This document shows, piece by piece, positions 24,236 through 36,899 of a stretch of 64,000 nt of DNA. The translations under genes and the position numbers were made by a program. Location: NCBI RefSeq assembly GCF_021869535.1, contig NW_026262701.1, forward strand, positions 16,554,001-16,618,000, read 5' to 3'. How positions within the stretch are numbered: position 1 is the stretch's first letter; every line of letters begins with the position of its first letter. This stretch comes from Mytilus californianus (Eukaryota). The notes under the pieces are model-generated. The model made no database searches and was not told the DNA's origin. It saw only the letters and a program-made list of their open reading frames with translations.

Positions 24236-26426
24236 GACATGAACGGAACAAATTACGAGGAAAAAAGTGATTTAAAATTAAACATATTTATAAAATATTA
24301 GGTATTATTGTTGTTAAAATATAATTAAAATGTCTTTAATAACATTACTATCGAATCAAATTATGTTGAAACTGTTTATTTTGGTATATTGGGGTATGTT
24401 GGGTTTATTGGGGTAAAAAGTCACACCCCTGTTAATAGACCTTCCCCTTCCTATGTTGCGCATGTCACACAACTATACAGGATAATTCCTATTTTGGAAA
24501 ACTCGATATTGAACCAGGATCAGGATGACCCAAGACAACAGGTATATACACATTTGGACATGTTGATAGAGATGAACATTTCTTTATCAAAGGTTTTTTC
24601 GTGTGTGATAGTCATGATAGTTTTTAGATTTCGTTGAATCGGTTGATTTCGTCAGCCATAAAAATGATTCATGATGATTCATAGTCATATGCATATTGTG
24701 AAATCATGAGATTGTGTAATACCCTCCAGGAGTTTAGATCATCAGAGGGTTTTTATCGACATTTCTTTGGTCTGATGTAAATATTGTCATTTTTTGTTGA
24801 TCATGTCAAGGATTTGTATAGTGAGCCATGTTCATTGATAATTTTCTATGTTTTCTATGTATTGGGTGCGTTTTAGTCCCATGTACATTTACTCCATATC
24901 ATTTCAGTTTCTATTTTACTGTTGTTTATAATCATGAACTTATTTTTAACTTCCTGCCAGTCCTTCAATGAACTTGAACCTTTACATGTATAGTTCGATC
25001 AAGTTTAGGAGGGTGCCCAATGTCCAAAAAGTCCTCTTGTTAACGAGTTTAAGTTAACGGATAACACACGGCTGATTTTTTTGCACATTATAGGAAAATC
25101 ATTATATTTTACAATCATGATTGTCGTCGTAAGTTCCCGTGGTCACGATTTTCTAAATTTCGTGTTTTTATAGGGTACACCCAGATACCGTATTGTACGG
25201 GGAATCTTTAACATGAAAAATAAAATTATTGCGTACTTTGTTGGTAGTTAAAACAGTACCTATAATATAGTTTGTATATTAAATATATCATATAACGAAA
25301 TCGAAAAGTATTTAAGTGATTTTGATATAAGTATTTCAGCATTTTAGTAAGAGTAAAATTTTACCAGAAATTTACCCTATTTTCATCGAAAGCAAAATTA
25401 TTACGTGTATCATCACAATATTTTTTACTCTGATCTAAGCAATAAGATATAGTGCATGTGTGTACCAAATTGCATGCGTGAAATAAAAATCGTTTTGAAG
25501 AAATTAGCAATTAAAAACACAAATTAAGTCAACATTTTGGTATTCATTAAACACGGATTATCTCGTGTCATTAATCATTTTGTTGCTAACACTATTAGGT
25601 CATTAACAAGGACAGAGGTCACTCAAAACATTACTCTTTTTTGATTGTTGTGTGGTTGATTTATTTGTTGTGAATAGCCTGCTAACTTTGTAGATTGTCA
25701 CTTTGTTCGGCGAAATCTGTTTTGTGTTTGTTTTTTAAAACTTTAAACTTTTTATTGAATAAATATTTTTTTATAATTGTAGTATAAGAATCAAATCGGT
25801 CGGTTTTGTTTCACACCCGGAATATGGCAAATCAAAAGTCTTGTATGATGTTTTCGACATAAATCCCTCCGAGGCTCTGTGGGAATGAAAATATACCACC
25901 GTTCGTGCAACAAAATAAAAACAGGTACAACAGACAGCAACCAACGACAACCGTTGAATTGCAGGCTCCTTATTTTGGACAGACACATACAGAATTTAGA
26001 GGGTTAAACATGTTTGTGATCCTTCAACCCTCCCCTGACCTGGACAATGGTATAACAACACAGCATAAGAAAAATCTGCTGAAAACAGTTTGAATTGGCT
26101 TGACTTATCAAATCGGCATGAACCACAAAAACAACTAACATGAAGACAAAAAAACACTAAGTACCGATATAATAGTACTCACTGTTAGGGTAGAACATTT
26201 TATATTCTAAAGAAAGGAATGGGGCTGGCGGCGCGGAAATTTATTTTCACTTTTGTACACATTCATATCCTCAACTACAAATGTATCCTGCATTTCATGT
26301 TGAAGAGTGTTCATTCTCATCCTTTCTTGTGCAAAGTCAATTATTTCAGTTCATATCAGGCCAAGTAATTCATTTTCAAAATCCTCATTCCCTCCCTGTT
26401 TTCGAAATCAAATGGATATTCCCTTA

Positions 26427-29400
26427 CAGAGTTCGCGAAAACTTTTTTTGACCTGTCAGTCATGGGACTGACTAAGCAAGATTATTTGTCAGTCCTACAA
26501 AATTTTTGCTGGTCCTACAAAATCTATCAATTTTTCCTGAAATAAAATAAATAACATTTTTAATCAAAATTATCAATTTTATTCTTCACAAGAAAATTTC
26601 ACAATGAATGACCAGTTCTGGTCTTCAGATTGTTCAAATTCAAAGTTATCTTCTGTTTCCATTTCATCATCATCATCTGAATCATCTTTCTCATCAGTAG
26701 TTGTTTGAACAGTAATAATGTTCTCATTAGTAACAGGTTCAAGAAGCAGAGTTTCCTGATCTACAGTAACATCCTCATTTAGTTCATCCTGGACCTGATT
26801 CTCATTTTCAGGTTCAGGTTCCTTATCTGCAAGCTCTTGGTCCATGTCAACATTTTCAACATTGTCATTTTCATTAAAAGCAATATTTTCATTATCATCC
26901 TGAATAGATTCATTGTCACTGTCCACAGCAATTAAATTATTATTAGCATTCTCTTTCACAGCTGATTTTAGTTTCCTCTGGTACTGTGTTCTCCTTGAAC
27001 CTTGTCCACATGACTGAAATAAAAACATTTTTATCAGTGTTAGAAAATAAGAACAAAAGCAGTATTCAAAACCCTAGAAAATCAAATTCAACACACAATT
27101 TCATGCCAAGCTCAAAACACATTAGGGAATAGGGAATAGTGGATTTACTACTGTAAACTGTTCATAACAATTTTAAATACCTAAAGCTTAAGACTGAGTC
27201 AATTTTGTTTTAATACTAATTTTCAAGGACCTTTTATCTCATTTCAGAAGAATCAAATTTTTACAGACTGAAAGAAATTTGAGCGGGATTGTCAATTTAT
27301 TGGAATATTATTTCAAACCATTTAATATTCAAAATATTTTGTAATAGTAAATTACCATCCATTTGTCAATAGCATCACTTGGGTCAAACTCCTGTACACT
27401 AGGGGCCTCAAGTTTAGTCATCATGCAGTCATCGAGACGAGATCCACCCAATCTATGCCTTCTATCAGTCTTTAGAAGCTTCATCTGATTAAATGCAGTT
27501 TCATTGTAAACTGATGTAGGGGGCAAACTGTTTAACATGTCCAACAGCAGAAGAACATTGTTAACACCCATAGATGAAAAACTCTCATTCAACTGTACCA
27601 AAGATACTTCACTCAAAGCACAGTGTGTAAACCTGAAAAACAAAATATTAATAAATTCAATATTCATTATTGTCAATTGAGCTTTGAATTCTTTTTTTCA
27701 TTTGAGATTGACTAGAAAAAACCTTTCCGATTCATACTCAAATGTATAATATTAATATATTATACATAACCAAATTAAGATGTACATATATGCAAACAAA
27801 AAATCTAGTACTGACATAATCACATGTCATGCAATGGAAAAATAAATGTGATAACAAGAGCAACTACTAGTATATATGTAACAATATATACATTAACACA
27901 TACTACATACTTGCGGTATACAAGTCGTTGAAGGTGTCTCCATTCTCCTGGTAATTCCTCAATATCAACACCAGTTGACCTCAGAACAGTTCCAAACCTT
28001 TTGACTAATTTTTCAATGTGTGTTACACCAAAATCTGAAAACAGTTATTAATAAATTGATTAATTCATTTACTTGTAGAGGCCTCAAAAATATAGCTTTG
28101 GAAATGATGCATTTATTTAACATGTTTAATCATGATTTAAATCACATACTGGTTTAAATTGAAATGTCAAATACAATTAGACAAAATATGAATGACATCA
28201 GTTGGAAAAAGAGTACTAAAAGACAAAAGCTAGGTAGTAGCAGTAAGCACTGCACTGCAGTGGCAAGCATAGTATTAGTAGTATTATTAATGGAGCACTC
28301 AGCAGTGAAGTCAAGATAGAATGCATGGGATGATTGATTTATATGTTTATAAATATATCATATGTGAATACAGAGAAATTATTAGTCTACTAATAGTATA
28401 GCCATCACCTATAATATATGATATTATTACCTTCTGTCATATTCTGTAAATAAAAAAAAACACACAATATAAATAAATTATAATTGTTAATTCTTTAAAG
28501 TTCCTGTACTACTACTACTGATCAGTGATGACAGATGTATTTCATAATGCTTTTGCTTTGTTATTAATTTAATCATCTAAAAATAAATCCTTGGAAGTTA
28601 ATATGTAACAATAAACAACATTTATTTTCCCAAAAAGGTTTCAAATAAGAGCTTTTCATATATGAATGTGCATACCTGCTGTAAGCTCCGCAGGCCAGAG
28701 TCTCAATGCGCTTATCACTGTTGGCTCCAGATCTTCTTGCAGGACATCACTAAATCTGGTATTTATTGCAGTCAATATGTTGTCTATGAGTTTGGTGTTA
28801 TCAACGGAAATAAAACCCCTAGATGTCAATGTATACCCCATGAATCTTTTACTCTCGATCACCTCTACCATTTTATCAGATTTCCTTTAAAAAGATGAAT
28901 TGATATTATACTATATTTACTCTTTCTATGGGATACATGCCACAATTATTGTTTTCAAACATGAACATGCTGCTTTTAAATACAATGTTGAACTCAACTG
29001 ATTTCATAAAAAATAAAATGTCTTGCTTTGAACTGAAATTGGACAAAAATAAATATAGAAAAGGGAAAACAATCATAAATTACATACTGGCCCTGTAGTT
29101 GAGCTAAGGCATCCTTTGTTGACAAGACCATCAGAATAGCTTCCCCTAAGGTGAATTCATCTGCCTGTAGCGTCAGAGAGAGGCGACAAAGAGGATCAAG
29201 CACTTCCTAAAAATTAAATAAGTCAAATAAATATGAAAAACAATATTTCTTTTCAGTATTATCATGACTATCAGTCACTGCAATACACTTGTTCATGTTG
29301 ATTGAAGCAGTTAGTTGTTTCATTTTAAACGTCATTGATCAAAACAGTAATGTTCTCCGTCTTAAATACATGTATACTATAGTATAATTACTTAGAATTG

Positions 29401-31338
29401 ATTATTGCCAAATTTACTTGCTGTTCATTAAAAATCAGAGACAGACATGACATGTTAGTAATAGTTACAAGCTTGAAATAACAAATTACAATGCCATGGT
29501 AAATTAAATTCTGCTTACATATAACATCAAGGCAAACACCACAACATTCAGGCTTGCTAAGATTTTCGCCAGTCCCTCTGCTTTTGGATTATTGTGGGAT
29601 TGGTTCTGCAGATGAGTTATATACCCAGAGTAACTTTTAAAAAGTGACCCTAATGCTGTCTTCATGTGTGGCATCCATCTCGAGCCCCCTACACACTTTG
29701 GTAGGCAACCTTGTACCATTAACAACTGGAAAGAATTTGAAATACAGTAAATTTTATTTATAATTATTTGTTTAGTTTTAAATAGTTTGGTACATTAAGT
29801 CATTTCTTTTTTTGAATGTTTTTACTTTGTCATAATTTTATTTTATAATTAATATAGACTATAGTATATACAATGTACTTTACCTTTTTGGCAATTTTAA
29901 CTAGAAAAAGCTAGTGTACATTTATAAAGCTTAATATCATAAAGTCATATGTCAAAAAAAATTGCAACATTGAAATATAATTTGCTTTGTGTAACAAACT
30001 GTAAAATATGTTGTCATACCTTGAAAGTTTTCTTTAATCCTTTCCTCTGAAGCGGGCTCCTCTTATAGAAGTAATAAAGTCCTAAGAGCAGGGTAACCAG
30101 TTTGTCATATGTGGCATGGTTTTTTTTTATTGCATCCTTAAATGACAGTTCTAGCCTATGAGCAAGGCAGTGAATCCCTATAATGTTCGGGTAATCATTC
30201 TTTAGCTGAGTTATCAGGCCATTTCTTACCCCTGTCATGTTTGACGCCCCATCAGAGCCAAAGCCCACACATTTATTCATTTCACTAAAAATGTTTTTTG
30301 AATGCAACTGTTCAATAACAAAACTGTATAGGTCATTAGACGAAGTGCTTTCAGGTTCACCCATGGTTACAAATTTATGCTCAACTTTCCCTTTGTTACA
30401 ATAGCGTAGAAAGATTGATTCTTGTTCTACAGATGAATCATCAGTACTTCCGTCCATAGTCAATGAAAAAAACTTAATATTTTGCACTATTTTAACTAGC
30501 TTCTCTCTTGTCACATTAGCTATGGATTGAAGGAAAACTACAGCAGCTTTATCATTGTTATAAGTGTCACCCGTATCTAGGCCTTTACTTTTGTCCAATT
30601 CATTTAGCCATATATAATCTGAGAAAGGGCGGTTGTGTTTCACTATTGCATGTGTTTCTAAATTTCAATTCTAGTTGCTTTCTTCTATGTTGATTTAAAG
30701 ACAGTAAGGAATTGTATGCTGGGGTCTTTTTAGGTTGTAATGATGCACGTTGTTTTGCCATAGAGTCTTGATGGCTTTTAGACTTTTCATGGTCTAAGAT
30801 AGAACTTAATCTAAAATTGGAACACCCTGTGATGAATAAGTTCCGGTTTTTTAAGTGTTCAATACACTTGGAACCGCCTGCGCGTGGGTACTTAATGCAT
30901 ATCAAACAGGTCATGATTTTTTTTTCAGCGTCGTAGTTTAGCCATTCCCTTTTCTCCAGCCAACTAGCAGAAAATGAGCGGTCTGGTCTACGTTCCCCCT
31001 CATACTGCTTTCTTTTATTTTGTTTTGTTTCATCAGAAGTATCTGGCGCCGATCGTTTGCCAGGGACAGCTCCTTTAACAAATTTGATAGGCCACATGTG
31101 TAACTGGTTTGTTTATAATAAAATTAGGGAACCAGTACCGGATATTAGCCCCGATACATCTGATGACCGATGAAAAAAAACGAACTCGAAAATTAACCGC
31201 GAATACATCTGATAACCGATGCACTGCAACGGCCGTTTTTGCATCGGTCATCGGGACCGCCGTTAGTGTACAAAATACAGGTCCGAGCCTCATTTTGGCG
31301 GTCAGGACCGACAGGACCGACCATTTTCGCGAACTCTG
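26427..31338 (-). mobile_element. hAT DNA transposon copy 1 (4912 bp, 6-bp TSD CCCTTA)
   Basis: 15-bp TIR CAGAGTTCGCGAAAA at both ends; CCCTTA at 26421-26426 and 31339-31344; colinear with copy 2. Confidence 0.95.
26579..31097 (-). pseudogene. Seven-exon hAT transposase with a frameshift in exon 1 (exons 31097-30020, 29725-29519, 29206-29088, 28884-28676, 28034-27911, 27632-27356, 27013-26579)
   Basis: Mirror of copy 2 (position = 85522 minus copy-2 position); every track ORF maps exactly. Motifs: TTF-type zinc finger, MDGSTD, GSDGAS, HCLAH, SRW, LPPTS..NETAF. Confidence 0.85.
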
Positions 31339-33369
31339 CCCTTACTGAAAACTTATGAAAGGACGTCATCAATAGTCTGAGAACCCGACCGTGCGAGGGC
31401 TGTATAGCCAGTCAAGGTCGTTAAAAACTTCTGTCATCATAGTCTGAGAAATGTATGATCATAAACATCATTACTGTAAAAACTAGCTTTTGTTATAAAT
31501 CAGGCCGTTAGTTTTTTTTCAAATGAATTCTTTCATTTTTTTCATTACTGGCCATTTTATAGCCGACCATACGGTATGAGTTTTTCACATTGTCGAAGGC
31601 CGTACGGTTGCCTATAAGTGCTTGCGTCCACATCTCCTAATTTTTATATTATACAACAAGTTTTACATAAAATTAACACTATCTATGTTCCATGTAAATG
31701 AGGTAAGGTCAGATGAACTCTGCTACAAAATCATGTATACCTTGTTACCATTCCATACACCAAATATATTTAACCCACTACTATCTGAGACTGTACGGAC
31801 TTGACCGTGAAATTAGGTCGAGGTCAGGTGAATCATGTCTGACGGTCATGACTTGACCACTGAAACTTAACCTTGTTCTGATCCGTGAAATTATTTCGAT
31901 GTCAGGTGAATCATGTCTGATGGTCATGTAGACCTTGCAAGGATACCATATATTAGTAACCAAATATAGTTATCCTAGAACTCATGATAATTGAGACCTT
32001 CACATGACGAAAAAAGCTATACAGTTTTTTAGCAGTCACTTAACCATGAATATGATGTCAAGGATATGACGGAAACTTCGTAACACAATGGATCTATATA
32101 CAAAGTATGAATCATCCAGTTCCTCTGCCCTCTGAAATATAAAGCTATACAAACAGTTTACGGTGTTGCCGTCACCATTATCAGATTGTATTCTGTATTC
32201 CTCGCATTCTGCTACTTGCGTTGAATGCGATTTAAAAGAAAAAGAATATCTGAAATTAGCTCTCTTACCTAAAGCTAGTCGGTGGGCTTTCAACTTAACA
32301 GTAGACAATGAAACGTAATAGCTGCTACTAGCTCGGCAATTTTTTATACGATCGCAAAAAAATTTTGTGGTCGTATATTGGTATGACGTTGGCGTCGTCG
32401 TCAGGCGTCGTCGTCCGAATACACATTGGTTTTCGCACTCTAACTTTAGTTTAAGTGAATGGATCTTTTTGAAATTTGACCATAAGGTTAAATACCACAA
32501 AAGGAAGGTTGGGATTGATTTTGGGGGTTATGGTACCAACAGTTAAGGAATTAGGGGCCAAAAAGGGGCCAAAAATAAGCATTTACTAGTTTCCAGACAA
32601 TAACTGTGGAACGGTGTATGGATCTCTCTGAAATTATACTACAAGTTTCCATACCACAAAGGGATGGTTAGGATTTGCTTTGGGGGGTTATGGCTCAAAC
32701 CGTTTAGGAATTAGGGGCAAAAAAGGGGGAAAAACAAGGTTGTCCTGGTTAATGGACAAATACTTTAGTACAAAACATAATTTAAAGCAGTGTAAGGGAG
32801 ATAAATCAAATACATCATTGAAATTATCTCCCTTACACTGCTTTTAAATTATGTATAAAGTAATGGTTAATGAACAATAAAGATAATTTAAAACAGTGTA
32901 AGGGAGGTAATCCAAATACAACGTTTTGGTTACTTCCCTTACACTGCTTTTAAATTATGTTTAAAGAAATGCATATTTATAAAGGAAGACCAGTAAAAAT
33001 ATCTGCAAATGTTGCATCTTTTTTTTTACAAAAAAATCCATATGAAAGATTTGACACTATATTCTTAATTCTATTATAAAATAGATTAAGTTAGCACTAT
33101 GGTAAATTTAAATGGGTAATTATGGTTGCCAACTCCATTGGAAATTTGAATTGAGATTTAGACCATATCTTGAGGGAAAGAATTTTTTGGGGGAAAAAAG
33201 GGGGGGGGGATAAAAAGAAATTGTGGGGGGTCAATTTTTTCTCATTTCAGATTTCAGAAATTAAAAAGAATTATTCTTCAAATATTTTTTTTTTTTCAAA
33301 TTTCAAATATTGAAAAATTTCAAGAAGTAATCTTTAATTGCACAGTATGGCGCATTAGATTTGTAAAAT

Positions 33370-35250
33370 CTTTGATCACATTTATTTATTTGTTATGCCG
33401 AATCTAACAGTGTATTTAGATTTTTAATTTTGGGTCCAGTTTTCAAATTGGTCTACATTAAGGTCCAAAGGGTCCAAAATTAAACTTTGTTTGATTTTAG
33501 CAAAAATTGAATATATGAGGTTCTTTGATATGCTGAATCTAAACATGTATTTAGATTTTTGATTTTTGGCCCAGTTTTCAAGTTGGTCCAAATTGGGGTC
33601 CAAAATTAAACTTTGTTTGATTTCAACAAAAATTGAATATATGGGGTTCTTTGATATGCTGAATCTAAACATGTATTTAGATTTTTGATTATGGGCCCAG
33701 TTTTCAAGTTGGTCCAAATTGGGGTCCAAAATTAAACTTTGTTTGATTTCATCAAAAATTGAATTATTGGGGTTCTTTGATATGCCAAATCTAACCGTGT
33801 TTTTAGATTTTTAATTTAGGTCCCGTTTTTTTTAAATTGGTCTTCATTGAGGTCCAAAGGGTCCAAAATTAAACTTTGTTTGATTTTAGCAAAAATTGAA
33901 TATATGAGGTTCTTTGATATGCTGAATCTAAACATGTATTTAGATTTTTGATTTTTGGCCCAGTTTTCAAGTTGGTCCAAATTGGGGTCCAAAATTAAAC
34001 TTTGTTTGATTTCAACAAAAATTGAATATATGGGGTTCTTTGATATGCTGAATCTAACCATGTATTTAGATTTTTTATTTGTGGACCCCGTTATCAAATT
34101 GGTTCATATTGAGGTCAAAAGGATCCAAAATTAAACTTTGTTTGATTTCATCTAAAATTGAATTATTAGGGTTCTTTGATATTCCAAATCTAACCGTGTA
34201 TTTAGATTTTTTATTTTGGGTCCTGTTTTTTAAATTGGTCTACATTAAGGTCCAAAGGGTCCAAAATTAAACTTAGTTTGATTTTAACAAAAATTGAATT
34301 CTTGGGGTTCTTTGATATGCTGAATCTAAACATGTGTTTAGATTTTTGATTATGGGCCCAGTTTTCAAGTTGGTCCAAGATAGGGTCCAGTATTTAAACT
34401 TTGTTTGATTTCAACAAAAATTGAATATATGGGGTTCTTTGATATGCTGAATCTAAACATGTATTTAGATTTTTGATTATGGGCCCAGTTTTCAAGTTGG
34501 TCCAAATTGGGGTCCAAAATTAAATTTGTTTGATTTCATCAAAAATTGAATTATTGGGGTTCTTTGATATGCCAAATCTAACCGAGTTTTTAGATTTTTA
34601 ATTTGGGTCCCGTTTTTTTTAAATTGGTCTTCATTGAGGTCCAAAGGGTCCAAAATTAACCTTAGTTTGATTTTAACAAAAATTGAATTCTTGGGGTTCT
34701 TTGATATGCTGAATCTAAACATGTGTTTAGATTTTTGATTATGGGCCCAGTTTTCAAGTTGGTCCAAGTTGGGGTCCAAAATTAAACTTTTTTTGATTTC
34801 AACAAAAATTGAATATATGGGGTTCTTTGATATGCTGAATCTAACCATGAATTTAGATTTTTTATTTGTGGGCCCCCCTATCAAATTGGTTCATATTGAG
34901 GTCAAAAGGGTCCAAAATTAAACTTTGTTTGATTTCATCAAAAATTGAATTATTGGGGTTCTTTGATATTCCAAATATAACCGTGTATTTAGATTTTTAA
35001 TTTTAAGTCCCGTTTTTTAAATTGGTCTACATTAAGGTCCAAAGGGTCCAAAATTAAACATAGTTTGATTTTAGCAAAAATTGAATTCTTGGGGTTCTTT
35101 GATATGCTGAATCTAAACATGTGTTTAGATTTTTGATTATGGGCCAAGTTTTCAAGTTTGTCCAAGTTGGGGTCCAAAATTAAACTTTGTTTGATTTTAA
35201 CAAAAATTGAATATATGGGGTTCTTTGATATGCTGAATCTAACCATGTAT
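33370..35250. repeat. Tandem satellite of ~126-bp and ~136-bp monomers inside the HINE
   Basis: Recurrent GGGTCCAAAATTAAACTTTGTTTGATTT..AAAAATTGAAT..GGGGTTCTTTGATATGCTGAATCTAA; measured spacings 125-137 bp. Confidence 0.9.
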
Positions 35251-35334
35251 TTTGATTTTGGACATTGGACCATAATAGGTAAATTAAAAAAATTCAAGTT
35301 CTTAGACCACATTCTTTCTGTGTCAGAAACCTAT

Positions 35335-35787
35335 GGTCCGAGTACACAGTTATTTTCCCCTATCTGTCTATTATAACATAATGATAAATAAAAAAAATCC
35401 CACCTGCGCTTTTCTAACAAGATTTGGTGTACATAAAGTTTGGCATTAACCACAAAACATATCAAAAAATTAGAAAACTTCATCGGCTCATTTTCTCTTG
35501 GCAACACAAAACACAAGGACACCAGTATGGGTTAAGCCAGAGAGCTTCCGAAAAGAGGAAATTACACCTATGTTTACCCAACCAAATCACTCATTTCTGC
35601 TCAAAATATCAAAAAGAAATTTTACAGAAATTATCTTAGATGACTTTACATTCACATAAAAGCAAAAAAAGGGGAAAAAATTCAAAGGAAAGGCAAAAAA
35701 AAAAATTAAGAAAAAATATACTGAAATTAAAGGGAACTATATTTGTGGACAACGAAAATTGAGGGAAGATAACTGTGTACCCGGACC
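35335..35787 (+). repeat. LTDR 1 (453 bp) with its own TIRs
   Basis: GGTCCGAGTACACAGTTATTTTCCC ... GGGAAGATAACTGTGTACCCGGACC (25-bp TIR, 2 mismatches). Confidence 0.95.
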
Positions 35788-36899
35788 TAATAGACCCTTT
35801 TTAGTTATCCAAATGAAATAAAATTTTATATTTATTAACTTTAATATATATCAAGACTGCATACCAAATTTCAGACCAATCGGACAATACTTGCACCAGC
35901 AATGACATTTCTTAAACACCTACCCTCATACCCAAATTTCAACAGTTTTCCTAGCATGAATTTGTCATTTTCCTAAAGACACCCACTTTATCAAAAGATT
36001 CATAACTTTTTTATTAGTGCAAGTTTTTTAAAAAATTAAAGTGATTCTGAAAGGTAAATCATTACCCAAATTTAATCTAAGATAAAAATTCCCAAAATCA
36101 GAATGGTTCATGGTGCAATTAAAGTTAATTTTTCATTTTTTGTTGTAAATCAGTGAAATCCCAACTTAGAATACTTTTAAAATTCAATTAAAATTTCAAA
36201 ACTCATCCCTAAATTGTGAGAATTGCATTAAAAAATTCCAAATTCATTCTAGAATAAACAAAATGAAACTTTATGGGGGTCTTGAATAACCTTTAGGCTA
36301 AATTACCTGTATATTCAACACCCCCTTTACATCATCTGCCCAAGGCTAAATATGAATGTAATAAAAAATTTTAAAACGATATAAAATCCTTATTTCTTTG
36401 AATATTGAGATGAAATAAAGTGTTTTGGAAAGGTTAAGAAGTGAGGAAATAATTGCAATTGAAAAATTTAATAAATAGTACAGTTTTTTTTTTCATTTGT
36501 TTTTTTTCTTAATTTAAAAAAAAATCAACAAAAAAATTCAACAAAAATTCACAAAATCACATTTTCTGAACAAAACAACTTTTAAAATTTGCCTAAATTA
36601 ATGTTTTTTGAAATCTAAACAAGGAAAACAAAATATTTCCCATTAAAAAGGCCAAACAAAGGCATTTTCTTTGAAGCAGACCAAACCCTTTGAAGTTAAA
36701 AATCACTTTCTTTAATCCCACAGCTAAAAATAGATCAAAACAATAAACAAAAATGATTGACAGCATCATTAAGCCAATTAAAAATCAGCATCAAAGTTAC
36801 ACAATGCAAAAAAGTATAAAAACTAACAATTTTGAGGTCTGTCATCAAAGTTTCATTCGACGCTTTACACCGCACCAGAATATTCTATTTATCATCAAA

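Noticed and set aside
20059-31351. Identical 13-mer CCCTTACTGAAAA at 20059 and 31339
   Set aside because: Short and AT-rich, with no extended similarity; treated as coincidence.
33370-35250. CRISPR-like array, or proteins from ORFs 33424-35376
   Set aside because: Contiguous diverged monomers with no unique spacers and no cas genes, in animal DNA; the ORFs are satellite translations.
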